Assembly (NCBI GenBank): GCA_030390025.1
Contig: CM059432.1
Coordinates: forward strand, 91,700,001-91,764,000
DNA: 64,000 bases
From: Squalus acanthias
Taxonomy: Eukaryota
Direction: 5' to 3'
The notes beneath the pieces were generated by a model that saw only the letters and a list, made by a program, of their open reading frames with translations, was not told the DNA's origin and searched no databases. Positions 24,101 through 39,100 of this stretch are shown here, piece after piece. The position numbers and the translations under genes were made by a program. Position 1 is the stretch's first letter, and every line of letters starts with the position of its first letter.

Positions 24101-27100
24101 TTCATGTAGCAATTAGGAAGGGGCAGCGGTACATAGCATAGAAAAATATAGAATGAGAATATACTTACGCAATCACAGGCATATAGTAACTGAACTTTGA
24201 CAAAACCTCTGTAAGAGTTGATGGTTTGCTGCAGATTACAAGATTGTGAAGCTCATCTTCATTTCCTACTGGCATTTGGATTTTTCTTTTCCTAAAGTAA
24301 AGGTAATGCTATAAAGTTTTACCTTATAAATTACAATTGTTGGGTTTCTATAAAGTTCAACAACTTGCACTTTCATAGTACCTTGAATATAAAAAAAAGT
24401 CCCAAGGTGATTCACAAATAGGCATAAGGAAAACACTGCCAGGCCAGGGAGAGAAAAGTTAGATGGGATGACCAAAAGCCTGGTCAAAGAGATGGGTCTT
24501 GGCGGTTTCTAAAAAGGGGTGAAGAAAAGAGTTGTAGAATTTTAGGCATTCCAAAGATTGGACTGTGGCAACTGAACACTTTGCAACAATGGAGGAGGAG
24601 AAAGGGGGAAGCTCAGAAGGCTGGAGTCAGTGGAAGGGATGTAATGGAATAGCCATATTTCAGAAAAATACACCATCCTATGAACAGATTTCTGATATTA
24701 TTAATACATGATATACTGGGTTTTAAAATCTAAAAGCCTCAACGACACAAGCCGTAAACAGAAATATAGGCTTCTGAGATAAGATGAAGTGTTAACACAA
24801 AAGTTGTAAACACCACACAAACTTTTGAAATGGGAAATGGTTATTGACACTGATACAATGGCCTATTGAAGGAGCAAAGAGTTGGTTCCAAGGAGTCTGT
24901 AGTTTGGAACCAAAACAATAGCAATGCCCAAGTAAAGTGTTAAAATCTAACACTTTGAACAAGAAAAACAGAACATTAAAAAACTATGTGCCTTTGTAAA
25001 AGTAACATCAAATGAAACAGGAAACATGATTATATATATAACCAACTAAGATGGCTAGGAAAACAAACACCCTGGATGAAGTGTTTTTGATTTACAAATT
25101 GTAAAAGGTACAAACAGAACACTTTGAAGATATAATATCAATAGATGACACCAAGCAATCACATTGTGTTTGTATTGAAAACGGAACACACGGAGACACG
25201 ACGTCTGTAATATAAGCAGCTGAAGTGATTTAACAATTCAATGGAAAACCTTCCTAAGAATTGCATCAAATAGATAAATCTGTTATACCATATTTTATGA
25301 TAAGTTTTTGAAACACCTATACAGCAGACAGGATTCTAAAAGTTGGCAGCTGAAATGACAGTAAGAATAGAAAAGAATTCAATAGAGAATGACTCGAGAT
25401 AATTAGCTTACATCAGCAGAAAACTTCAAAGGATAAACCACTAAAAAAAGGTATCAAAATAGAGCTTTTCAGAGAGAGAGTCAGAAGTCGCTGGGAAGGG
25501 CCAGAGCGATTCTCGCTTTCAGAACCACTCTGTAGGCCTACAACTCTTTGAGTCTCGGGTAATCAAGGTATTTTATTTTGGTGGATATTCTGGTTTAAGA
25601 AATAAGTAGAAGTGTGTAAATGTAACGAAGTTAAGATTTGAGAATAAGGATCTCTGATAAGAAATGTAAGCTATTTGTATTTTGAACTGTTAAAGTTGCG
25701 ATAAAATCAACAGCTGTTATCGGTTCTTTAATAAATCTATATATTTTTAAAATTGTCTCAGAGTATTTCTGTATCAATCTCGCGAACTCAATTTCTGTAC
25801 TGCCTTCTGTAAGGAGTTGCAGAATTCTGGGGAGTTTTCTGGACCCTCATAATATCCGGAAGGTTACAGTCTAGTTAAACTTGTTAAAAGTGCTATCCGG
25901 AGGACGGTAACATCTTCAGGCCATTCCTTTCCTTTAGGGAGCGATAGTCTGAACCTTTAGACCCAATTAAGCGTCTCTTGGATTCGGCGACCGCTAACTT
26001 TAGTTGAAGGTGAACGTCTGGGGAATACGCCTGATCTGGGGTAGCCCGAAAAGGGCTAGGACTTGTAATTATCCCTTCAGGGAGCATTCAGGAGGGGATA
26101 TAGGGCTGAAGGAGATTTCAGACATATAGTGGGGCAAGATCATAATATAACTATAAAAATAATTATCTGTATATTAAAAAACCACTGCACCATTTTTGTA
26201 GAATGCTAACAATTTTTTTTATACAGATTACCTCTGCATTTCTTGCTTCTATTTCAAACTATTGATAATGTAAGAGTAACTGAACACTTTGTTTTGTACT
26301 TGAGGACAAGAATATTGCTAGGGGGATAGAATATAAAAATAGGGAGGTATTGCTTCAGTTGTACAAGGTATTGGTGAGACCGCACCTGGAATACTGCATA
26401 CAGTTTTGGTGTCCTTACTTAAGGAAAGACATCCTTGCTCTCGAGGCAGTGCAAAAAAGGTTCACTCGGTTAATCCCAGGGATGAGGGGGTGGTCATATG
26501 AGGAGAGGTTGGGTAGATTGGGACTCTACGCATTGGAGTTCAGAAGAATGAGAGGCGATCTTATTGAAACACAAGATTGTGAAGGGGTTGGATCGGGTGG
26601 ATGCGGGGAGGATGTTCCCGATGACGGGTGAGACTAGAACTAGGGGACATAGTCTTAGAATAAGGGGCTGCTCTTTCAAAACTGAGATGAGGAGGAACTA
26701 CTTCACTCAGAGGGTGGTAGGTCCATGGAATATGCTGCCACAAAAAGCTGTAGAAGCTACATCATTACATAAATTTAAAACAGAAATAGACAGTTTCCTA
26801 GAAGTAAAGGGCATTAAGGGTTACGGGGAGCGGGCAGGAATTTGGACATGAGTCTAGGTTCGGATCGGTCATGGCCCTGTGGGTAGTGGAGCGGGCCCAG
26901 GGACCGTGTAGCCTGATTCTGCTCCTATTTCGTGTGTGCAATTCTGTTAGATGCAGGAGATGGTTCTGTGATAGTAGATAGTAGATTGGCAGTTAGGATC
27001 AGATCAGCCATGATCTTGTTGAATGGCGAAGCAGGCTCGAGGGGCCGATTGGCCTACTCCTGCTCCTATTTCTTATGTTATGTTCTTAATATTGAATTCA

Positions 27101-30100
27101 ACTATTCCCCGTGGCAAAGCATTCCATGCCTCTCTCCTCATTCTCTGAGTGAAAGTTTTACATTGATGACTCCCATTACTAACTCTCCAACTAGAGGAAA
27201 TAGTCTTTCCCATTTCACTCTATTAAATCCCCTCTTAGCCTTCTCTGCTTCAGTGGAAATTGTCCCAATATCTCAAGTCTCTCCTTATATAGTTTTGCGC
27301 CCTTGGCATCATCCTGGTGAATCTATGCTAAACATCCTCTGGACTTTAATGGCCTTTCTAAAATGGAACACCCCAAACTTCACTACAGCCTAATCATTCC
27401 TTTATACAATGTTAGCACCACTTCTTTACTTTTGTATTCTATGCTCCTACTTATGAAACCTAAAATGCTGTTGACTTTTTAATAGTTTTTTCTACCTACA
27501 CTCACACTTTCAAGTAATTGTTTATCTAAATTCCTTGGTCTCTGTTTATCCATACCATTCAGTATCTTTCAACTGAGTGTATATTCGCATTCCTTGCTTT
27601 TCCTCCCAAAATATATTACCTCATACTTATCCATGCTAACTTGAATCTGCCAACCGTCTGTCCATTCCACTAACGTGCCTGTCTTCCTCAAGTCTTTTAT
27701 AGTCCTTCTCACTGTTTCGCAAGCCTCCTTTTGTATCATCAGCAAATTTCAAGATTGTTTTCCCAATGCTCAAGTCCAAATCACCTCCCTCACCTCCCCT
27801 TTCGGCATTCCGAAGGGAATGCTCCCTCCGCAACACCCTGGTCCACTCCTCTAACACCCCCAACACCCCTTCCCCTTCCCCTTCGCCCGGCACCTTCCTG
27901 TGCAAGCCCTGCCCTTTTACCTCCTCCCTTTTCACTGTCCAGGGCTCAAACACTCCTTCCAGGTGAAACAGTGATTTACTTGTACTTCTTGCAATTTAGT
28001 AATCTGTATTCGCTGCTCACGATGCGGTCTCCTCTACATTGAAAAGACCAAACGCAGATTGGGTGACCACTTTGCAGAACACCTCCATTCAGTCCGTAAG
28101 AGTGACCCCGAGCTTCCGGTCGCCTGTCACTAATTCTCCACTCCACTCCCACTCTGACCTCTCCGTCCTCGGCCTCTTACACTGTTCCAATGAAGCTCAA
28201 CATAAGCTCGAGGAACAGCACCTCATCTTTCGATTAGGCACTTATACAGCCTTCTGGACTCAGCATCGAGTTCAACAATTTCAGACCATAACCTCGGCCC
28301 CTATCATTTTTTTGCTCTCACATGGCAGCTGTTGATCATTCTGCCATTGCCATTTACACTTCATCTAGAGTCATCTTTTGTTTCTTAACTTGTCCCATTA
28401 CCATCTCCTTTTGCCTTGCACCATCATCCCTTTTATCTCTTAATCTCTCCTGCCTTCCATCCTATCAGACCTTCCCTTTTGTTCTTTCCTCCCCTCCCCC
28501 CTTTCTCTGCCCCTACACTTGCTGAAAAACCTGTTACATCTCCAACTTTTTCCAGTTCTGACGAATGGTCATCGACCTGAAACGTTAACTCTGTTTCTCT
28601 CTCTACAGATGCTGCCTGACCTGCTGAGTATTTTCAGCATTTTATGTTTTTATTTCAGATTTCCAGCATCCGCAGTATTTTGCTTTTGTCCAAATCATCT
28701 GTATGTCCCGAAAACTAAAAAAAGTGGACTCAGTACTGACTCTTGGGGTACACCACTTCTAAGCCTTCTCCAGTCCGAGCAACACCCATTTACCCTCTTG
28801 GTTTCCTGCCAATGAACTTTCTATCCATGTTACTACATTTCCTCTTATACTATTTGCCTCTTTTTTTCTAACAAGCATCTTGAGACATCTGAAAATCCAT
28901 ATAAACTAGCTCTACTTTATTTCCTTTACCCATCCAATAAGACATTTCTTCAAAAAGCTTTCTTATATTTGTCAATCATGACTTGCTGGCTATCCTTAAT
29001 CAACTTATATCCTTATAGTGGCCCCGATATTTACAGTGAGACAGGGAAGGCGAAAATAGCTGGAGTCACGTGAAGGCTGGGGACACAGAGGTCCTGCTGA
29101 ATTTAACAGCAGGACCTCATTATAACTTTTTCTTCCCTTTCCCAACAAACTGACAGGCTGCCAGGTGGGAAATCCAGCGGCAAGAAGTCGCAACCGGGGA
29201 CCCTTGGAGGCGGTCGCCATTAATCGAGAAGGGGGATGGCATGAGATTGGGGCTTGGGGGGGGGGGGGGGGGGTGAGGTGTGCGAGAGAGAAGCCATCGC
29301 TGGAGTGGTGGGGGAGGGGGAGGCCGGGCTATTTGTAAGATTTTCAATAATAATCCAGTCAGTCAATCTCCCATGGTGTTGCACACAGGACTAAAGGCCA
29401 AATATAGTCCTCACATAGAGCAGGGTTAGATAGCACTGTATAATTCCACCGTTGTACACAGACAATGCTTCCCATTTTAAGTCATACATTCTGTCCTTAC
29501 TTTGATACAATTCTTTGAATTTATATTACTTATAGTTTAATAGCAACACTTATGGAAATTTTGGAAGCAGAGCTTTGAAACTTCTTTGCAACATTGGTTG
29601 TTGTTTTTGTATCTTCATACTCTTCCCCTGGAGAATAGTGTGAAATAGTGAAATGATTCTCAGACAGATTAATAGTCTGGCAGGCAGTGACATGAACATT
29701 CCTTCCATGGGCGTAATCATTTTTATACACCAGCCGATAGGATTGTTAGTCCAATGCAGCGGGACTTTACGGCTTCCACAACACATATGATGAGGGGGCC
29801 ACAAATATCGATCAGGCGCAAGAATCCCACTGGATCTCAACCCAAAATTCAGAGTCTTCACTCAACAGGACTGTCTGGAGCAGGATTTGAATGCTGTATC
29901 TTCTGATACAAAGGCAGGAGTGCTACCACTAAGCTAAAGGCAGCATAAGTTGAGGAGCTGGTAGACACAAAACTGAAGCACTACAGTGCAACTACCGGTG
30001 AGAGGCTGGACATAGGAAATTATAACAAAAAGATTTGATGCAACAAGCTCAGAGTTTAAGAATTTGCTCTTTTATAACATTAGGATTGTCTATACCATGT

Positions 30101-33100
30101 AGGGGATACGATTTGGGCTACTGATCTACAGTGACTGAATAAGTCAAATTTTGTTTTTATGCCATCACCTAGATCACCTATTTCACCTCCGTAACATTGC
30201 CCGAGTCCGCCCCTGCCTCAGCTCATCTGCTGCTGAAATAATCATCCATGCCTTTGTTACCTCTAGACGTGACTATTCCAATGCACTCCTGGCTGGCCTC
30301 CCATGTTCTACCCTCTCTAAACTTGGTCATCCAAAACTCTGCAGATTGTGTCCCAACTCACACCAAGTCCCGTTCGCCCATCACCCCTGTGCTCACTGAC
30401 CTACATTGGCTCCCGGTTAAACAAACGCCTCGATTTTAAAATTCTCATCCTTGTTTTCGAATCCCTCCATGGCCTCGCCCCTCCCTATGTCTGTAATCTC
30501 CTCCAGCCCCACAACCCCCCGCGCTCCTCTAATTCTGCCCTCTTGAGCATCCCCGATTTGAATTGCTCAACCATTGGCAGCTGTGCCTTCAGCTGCCTAG
30601 GCCCTAAGCTCTGGAATTTCCTCCCTAAACCTCTCCGCCTCCTACCTCTTTCCTCCTTTAAGACGCCCCTTAAAACCTACCTCTTTGACCAAGCTATTGG
30701 TCATCTGTCCTAATATCTCCTTATGTGGCTCGGTGTCAAGTTTTATAATGCTCCTGAAGTGCCTTGGGATGATTTACTACATTAAAAGGCGCTATATAAA
30801 TACAAGTTGTTGTTGTTAAAATACACTATAGAATTTTTACAGCTGCTTTGGGGATTGAATTTCACAACTCTGCACAGGATTCTGCAAAAACTGTAAATGA
30901 GTGGCCTTGATATTTCAAATACATTCCTTTACCTATGTATTTAATTTGTATCCCTTACCAACTTTAATGCTGAGAATACACATGATATGCAAAATGCACC
31001 AACTGGAGGTGGATATCTGGTGTGTAGAAGTACTGGAGGAGAAATGGGGTTTCACTGCACTTGGGGGAAATCCTGGTCTTTGGCAAAATTTAAATCAGAA
31101 TCTAGCAATAGGAACGTGTTTAAGGTGCGATCATTATGAATTAACATTTGCAGAAAAATAGGATTGTTACTACGTATACACGACAATGTTGTCTGAAAAT
31201 TCAATTGAATGGGGGTCCTGGAGTTTCTCAGTACTGCAGTGGGAGTGCTGAAGTTTGGCAGGGCTGTAGGGGTTGGGGGTCCTCTGATCTGGTATCACGG
31301 TGGAAGGCAGAACTAAGGTTTACTAGGGTTCAGTGTGCGCATTGGCTCACTCATGAGGTACTGATCAACAGTGAGCGAGTGTCAAGGCATGGGCTAGACA
31401 GCACTGGTTGTGGGGTGAGAGGTGGGAGGGGAAGGCCCCATGGGTAGTAGCAGTGGTTGGTGGCTTTCCAAGGGATTGCTGTAAACTTTGAATTTGATGT
31501 CTCACAGTAGAAGACGCAAAAAGCATACCAGAAATAGTGAGGAACCAAGGGGCTGTTGAGAGTGAGGAACATAAAGTAATTAATATCAGTAGAAGAAGTA
31601 CTTGAGAAACTAATGGGACTAATAGCCGACAAATCCCCTGGACCTGATGGACTACATCCTCGGCTTCTAAAAGAGGTGGCTGCAGAGATAGTAGATGCAT
31701 TGGTTATGATCTTCCAAAATTTCCTAGATTGTAGAACGGTCCCAACGGATTGGAAGGTAGCAAATGTAACCCTGCTATTCAAGAAAGGAGGGAGAGCGAA
31801 AACAGGGAACTACAAGCCAGCTAGCCTGACAATCATTAGGAAAATGCTGGAATCTATTATTAAGGAAGTGGTAACATGGCACTTAGAAAATCATAATATG
31901 ATTAGGCAGAGTCAACATGGTTTTATGAAAGGGAAATCATGTTTAACAAATTTATTAGAGTGTTTTGGGGATGTAACCAGCAGGGTAGATAAAGGGGAAC
32001 CAGTGGATGTAGTATATTTGGATTGCAAACAGGCATTCAATAAAGTACCACGTAAAAGGTTGTTATGCAAGATAAGGGTTCAAGGGGTTGGGGGTAATGT
32101 ATTAGCATGGATAGAGGATTGGTTAACGGACAGAAAACCGAGCGTAGGGATAAACAGATCATTGTCAGGTTAGCAGGCTGTAACTAGTGGAGTGCCGCAA
32201 GGATCAGTGCTTGGGCCTCAGCTATTTACAATCTATATTAATGGGCCGGATTTTCCGACCCCCATGGGTGTGTACGCCTGCCTGGGAAAAGTGTCTCTGC
32301 GGGTGGAGAGTTGCGCTTTTTGCACAACTTCCGCCCGCTGAAAGGCCATAGAATTCTTACACCTGGTAAAAGCAGGCATACGGCCTGGCTTTTACCAGCT
32401 TAAGAGTGTTGAAAAATAGTAAAATTAAATTTGATAACTCATTTATAAATTTAAAATACTCTTCAAAAAAGGTAAGTTTATTTTTAGCCCTGTAAAAACA
32501 TTTAATTTCCCCCCCCAAAAAAATTTAAAATAATTAAATGGAATTAAGTAATTTTAATTATGTAATTTTTTAAAAAATAATTTATTTAATGTTTGTGTAT
32601 TTTCAAATGTGATCCCTATTCATAGTTTTGACAGTTCCGTGCGTACGAACTGTCAAAAGTATGAAGGGGGATTCCCTTCTTTGATTGATTCGCCTGGCCC
32701 ACATGATCCCAGGGACGCTTGCGAACTGCATGCGCCCCTGGGATACCTGGACCTCTGCGCATTTTGAAGAGAGAGGCCCAGGATCGCAAGCCTCGGGATC
32801 TACAGAACCAGCATGTAGGTTCATAGAATTTTCTCCGATCGGAGGCATCCGCCCGTAGGAAGCCGCCGACCAGAAATTCAGGGCCAATGACTTCGATGAA
32901 GGGACAGAGTGCAATGTTTCCAAGTTTGCTGACGATACAAAGCTAGGTGGGAAAGTAAGCTGTGAGGAGGACACAAAGAGCCTGCAAAGAGATATAGACA
33001 GGTTAAGCGAGTGGGCAGTAAGGTGGCAGATGGAGTATAATGAGGTTATTCACTTTGGTAGGAAGAATAGAAAAAACAGAATATTTTTTTAAATGGTGAG

Positions 33101-36100
33101 AAACTAGTAAATGTTGGTGTTCAGAGATTTAGGTGTCCTAGTACAAAAAACACAGAAAGTTAGCATGCAGGTACAGCTAGCAATTAGAAGGTAAATGGCA
33201 TGTTGGCCTTTATTGCAAGGCGGTTGGAGTACAAGAGTAAGGAAGCCTTGCTACAATTGTACAGGGCTTTGGTGAGTACTGTGCAGAGTTTTGGTCTCCT
33301 TATCTAAGGAAGGATAAACTTGCCTTAGAGGCGGTGCAACAAATGTTCACTAGATTGATCCCTGGGATGAAAGGGTTGTCCTATGAGGAGAGATTGAGTA
33401 GATTGGGCTGATACTCTCTGGAGTTTAGAAAAATGAGAGGTGATCTCATTAAAACATACAAGATTCTGAGGGGGATTGATGGGATAGATGCTAAGAGATT
33501 GTTTCCCCTGGCTGGTGAGTCCAGGACTAGGGGGCATAGTCTCAGGATAAGGGGTTGGCCATTCAAAAATGAGATGAGGAGGAATTTCTTACACAGAATT
33601 ACATAGGATATACGGCACAGAAACAGGCCATTCGGCCCAACCAGTCCATGCCGGCGTTTATGCTCCACACGAGCCTCCTCCAGTCTTTCCTCATCTAAAT
33701 CTATCAGCATAACCTTCTATTCCCTTCTCCCTCATATGCTTGTCTAGCCTCCCCTTAAATGCATCTATACTATTTGCTTCAACCACTCCCTGTGGTAGCA
33801 AGTTCCACATTCTCACCACTCTTTGGGTAAAGAAGTATCTTCTGAAAAACCTACTGGATTTCTTGCTGACTATCTTATATTGGTGGCCTCTAGTTATGCT
33901 CTTCCCCACAAGTGGAAACATTCTCTCTGTATCCACTCTTTCAAAACCTTTCATAATTTTAAAGACCTCTATCAGGTCACCCCTCAGCTTCTTTTTTCAA
34001 AGAGAAGAGAGACCCAGCCTGTTCATCCTTTCCTGATATGTATACCCTTGCATTTCTGCTATCAGCCTTGTAAATCTTCTCTGCAACCTCTCCAGTGCCT
34101 CTATATCCTTTTTAGAATACGGCAACCAGAACTGTACACAGTACTCCAAGTGTGGTCTAACCAAGGTTCGATACAGGTTTGGCATAACTTCCCTTCTTTT
34201 CAATTCTATCCCTCTAGAAATAAACCCCAGTGCTTGGTTTGCTTTTTTTATGGCCTTGCTAACCTGCGTCGCAACTTTTAGTGATTGTGTATTTGTACAC
34301 CTAGATCCCTTCGTTCCTCTACCCCACCCAGACTCACACCCTCCAAGTGATAAGTGACCTCCCTATTCTTCCGACCAAAATGTAATACCTCACTTTATCG
34401 GTGTTGAACTTCATTTGCCAATTATATGCCCATTCTGCAAATTTATTAATGTCCTCTTGTAACTTGTTGCAGTCTTCCTCAGTATTAACTATCCCCCCAA
34501 TTTGGTGTCATCTGCAAATTTAGAAATTGTGTTTTTGATAACTAAGTCTAAGTCATTAATGTAAATTGTGAACAGCAGTGGTCCCAGCACTGATCCTTGT
34601 GGACCACCACTACCCACCTTCTGCCACTGTGAATTTACTCCTACTCTTTGCTTTCTGTCCTGAAGCCAACCAGTAATCCATTCTGCTACTTCTCCCCTGA
34701 CTCTGCATTCTCTGACCTTGTTCATCAGTCTATTATGGGGTACCTTATTGAAGGCCTTTTGAAAATCCAGATAAATTACATCTACTGCATTACCATTGTC
34801 TATACTCTGTTACCTCTTCAAAAAATTCAATAAGGTTGGTCAAGCTAGACTTTCCCTTTTGAAATCCATGTTGACTATTCATTATTATATTTTTGGTTTC
34901 TAGATGTTCTTCTATTTTCTCCTTTAGTAGGGATTCCATTATTTTTCCTCCCACTGATGTTAAGCTGACTGGTCGAAAATTCCCTGGGCATGTTCTATCC
35001 CCCTTCTTAAATATCGGTATTACAATGGCCCAAAAATTAGTGCCGCTACGCGAGAGTACGCACTGCGTACTCTCGCGTATTCTGTCTCCAATTGCCGGTT
35101 TTCTGCATGCACTGCAAACCGGCACTTGGTGAATGGAAAAGGGGGCGGGTCCTAGGTGAACCGCGTGCGCGCTACAGGCTGCGCGCACGCAGTGCACTTA
35201 GTGGTTTCAACGCGCAGGTAAGTACGGAAGATTCTACACATAAAAAAGGAGTAAGACCCACTTTTAACAAGGTAAGTAGTGAATTAAGTATTATTTTGAA
35301 TTTTTTTTAACAGGTATATCTTTTTTAGAGACTTTAAAGACAGGTAAGTTTATTTTTATAACTTTTTAAAAGATTTTAAATTTTTTCAAAAATTTAATTT
35401 TTTATTTAAAATGGTTAATTTATTTAACTATACTTATTTTATTAATGTTATGGTTTTAAAAAAAATTTAATTGAGGTTTAGCGGTTCTTTTGGGGGGCTA
35501 TAGTATTCATAGCTTTCACAGCACTTATGTGAAAGTTATGAATGGAAGATGGTGTGCTGCCATTGGCTCTAACGGAGTCACGTGATCCCACAGCTCGCAC
35601 GAATTAACTACGCCGGTGGGATACGCAAGCCCAGCACAGCAGCTGTCCAGAACATCAAGTTCGTGCGAGCTGGAACTGAGAAAGCCAACGCGCAGTGAGA
35701 GATCGCGGGGAGGCCTTACCCTCGCACGAAAGGCTTCCTCACGAATTTTTGGGCCATTAGCTATCCACCAGTCCTCTGGCACTATACCTTTTTCTAACGA
35801 ATTATTAAATATGTGTAGTAATGCCTCTGCTATCTCTTCCCTAGATTCTTTTAAAATGCGCGGATGCAATCCATTCGGACCAGGGGTCTTATCCTATTTG
35901 AGTTTGATTAATTAATTATATCTCCTTTATTTATTTTAAATGCACTTATCTCATTACTAATCTCATCATCCAATGTCATGTCCACCTGTTCTATCGCCCT
36001 GGTAAATACTGAAATAAAATAATTATTTAATATTTCTGCCATCTCTCTATCGTTACCTGTGGTATTGTCCTGATTATCCCTTAATGGCCCTATTCCCATC

Positions 36101-39100
36101 CCAACCTTCCTTTTTTTTTTATTGATGTGCCTATAAAATATTTTACTATTTTGTTTTATGTTCCTTGATAATTTAATTTCATAGTTCCTCTTTGCCTCCC
36201 TAATTGTGTTTTTTGACTTCTCTCCTAATCTTTTCATGCACTTCATAGAGTCATAGGGGCGATTTTGCCAGCCCTGGGGAGGTGGTAAGGAGGCGGTACC
36301 CATCCCGCCCTCTGTGCCACCTTCCCAGGAGGCGGGTACCCGACCCGCGTCGGGTCCCCGTCTCCTCGAGGCGGGAAGGGGATTAGTGCCCCAGGTAGTT
36401 AACAGGCAGCTTTGTGGAGAATCCCTGTTTTCGTCCCTGACGGCTCTGAACCATGTCAGGGTCAGCGAGGCAGGCCGTCGGTCTGCAGGGGTCGAGATGT
36501 CCGGTGTGCAGGTGAGTGATGAGTGCAAGTGTGGAGAGGTAAGTAAGTGTGTGAGGTGAGTGTAAAGTGTTTTAATAAGTTTTACTTACCTTTACTTCTT
36601 CCTGCAGGCTTCCTCCCTTCAGGTCTCGGGAGTCCCTCAGCTCAGCGGCACAGAAAGCAGAATGGCCGCTGAACTGTCAAAAGCTGCAGCCTTCTGCTTT
36701 CTGCCCAGGAACGCTCTCTAACTGAGCCTGAGTGGAAGGACTCAACTTAGAGGACAGATCGTCATTGTTTGACAGCTTCACAGAGCCGTCAAACACTGAC
36801 ATTTCATCTGTCAAAGGCTCTTGACAGATGAAGCGTCACTCGCTGAGGTCACCTGTAACCGGCTTTCCCTTAATTGGCCTGCTAAACCCACTGGGTGGGC
36901 TTAACAAGGTCAAGCAAGGGAAAATAGTGTGGGTTGGCCACATGTCGATGGAGGCGGGACTAAAACCCGACAAATGGGGGTCCCACCTCCAAATGCTCCC
37001 CATTGAGAAAAATCCAGCCCAGAGTGTCATAATGGCACAGAAGGAGGCCATTCGGCCCATCGAGTCTGTGCCGGCTCTCTGTAGAGCAATCCAGTCAGTC
37101 CCATTCCCCCGCTCTGTCCCTGTAGCCCTGCAAGTTTATTTCCCTCAAGTGTCTATCCAGTCTCCCCTTGAAAACATTGAGTGTCTCTGCCTCCACCACT
37201 TCCATCGGCAGCGAGTTCCAGGTCATCACCACTCGCTGCGTAAAAAAGTTCTCTCACATCCCCCTTGTATCTCTTGCCCAAAACCTTAAATCTGTGTCCC
37301 CTATTCCTTGTACCATCAACTAGTGGGAACAGCCTTTCCCCATCTAGCCTATCCAAACCCGTCATAATCTTGTACACCTCTATCAAATCACTCCACAACC
37401 TCCTTTGCTCTAATGAAAACAAATCCAGCTTCTCCAACCTGTCCTTGTAGCTAAGATCCCCCATCCCTGGAACCATTCTGGTAAATCTCCTCTGCACCCT
37501 CAAGTGCCTTCACATCCTTCCTAAAGTGTGGTGACCAGAACTGGATGCAATACTCCAGTTGTGGCCTAACCAGCGCTTTATAAAGGTTCAGCAGAACTTC
37601 TCTACTTTTGTACTCAGAGGGTTGTGAATCTTTGGAATTCTCTGTCCCTGAGGGCTGTGGAATGTGAGTGATTGAGTATATTCAAGGCTGAGATCGCTGG
37701 ATTTTTGGACTCATGGGGAATCAAGGGATATGGAGATCGGGCGGGAAAGTGGAGCTGAGGTCGAAGATCAGCCATGATCTTATTGAATGGTGGAGCAGGC
37801 TCGAGGGGCCGAATGGCCAACTCCTGCTCCTAATTCTTGTGTTTTGTAATTGGCTCCTAGGCATGTATCTCCCTCTCCTTCTGTCTGTTTGTCTTCCCCA
37901 ATAAGAAAATGTAAACAGTCATTTCTAACTATCAACAGAACACGGGTGGTAATTAGATTTTCAAAATTCAACTTCATTCATTTTTTTAATTTGGGAAAAA
38001 AAAAAATTAACTGAGGAAAGACACGAGGGCAATTTTCAACTTTATCACCTGGGCGGTAATCAAGCCGAGCGGATTGCCACCCCCTACTGTGTTGTTGAAC
38101 CCACAAATCAGGTGGGTACTGTGGCAGTACCATGGGAAGAAATACTGTTGATATTACAGTTTGACATTGACACATACCCAATATTAAAAGAGATGAAATG
38201 TGAATGGCTGCTATTAGGAAAGTAGGAGAGGGAAATGGCTGCAGGTCCCTCCCTAACAGCACTGTGGATTACCTTCAACACGTGGACTGTAGCAGTTCAG
38301 AAGGCGGCTCACCACCACCTTCTCAAGGGCAATTAGGGAGTGACAATAAATGCTGGGCTTGCCACCACCTTCTCAAGGGCAATTAGGGAGTGACAATAAA
38401 TGCTGGGCTTGCCAGCGACATCCACATCCCAGGAATTAATTTTAAAAAGAAGTAGCTTCACAAAGAGGGGACCAGCGTGGGAGAAAGCAGGACAGCCCAC
38501 TTCATCCTGCTGATTTCTCCCCCCCCCCCCCAGTATAAAAACCTGTAAGCAACAGATTTAAACATTCAGCAATTAAGTTAGAGTAGAAAAGCTTTTGTTA
38601 AAAGTTAGGTAATTTCATACTTTAATACTAAATGGTTTTATATTTAGCTTGTTGAAACTTTGTTAAAAAGTAAAAAGTGAGAAGTCGCACAACACCAGGT
38701 TATAGTCCAACAGGTTTATTTGAAATCACAAGCTTTCGGAGCGCTGCTCCTTCGTCAGGTGAAGTCTGACGAAGGAGCAGCGCTCCGAAAGCTTGTGATT
38801 TCAAATAAAGCTGTTGGACTATAACCTGGTGTTGTGTGACTTCTCACTTTTTTCCACCCCAGTCCAACACCGGCATCTCCGCATCATGGCCTCTATTTAT
38901 AAAGCCCAAGATCCCGTATGCTTTATTAACTGCTTTGTTAACCAGTCCTGCCACCTTCAAAGGTTTGTGAACAAACACCCCAAGGTCTCTCTGTTCTTGC
39001 ACCCCCTTTAAAATTGTACCATTTAGTATGTATGTTCTCTCCAAATTCTTCCTAACAAAATGTATCCTCTCACACTTCTCTGCATTGAATTTCATCTGCC

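Noticed and set aside
29530..29861. Minus-strand ORFs as extra ADA exons
   Set aside because: Exons 2 and 3 join in frame without them, there is no ADA similarity, and they follow a SINE-like head.
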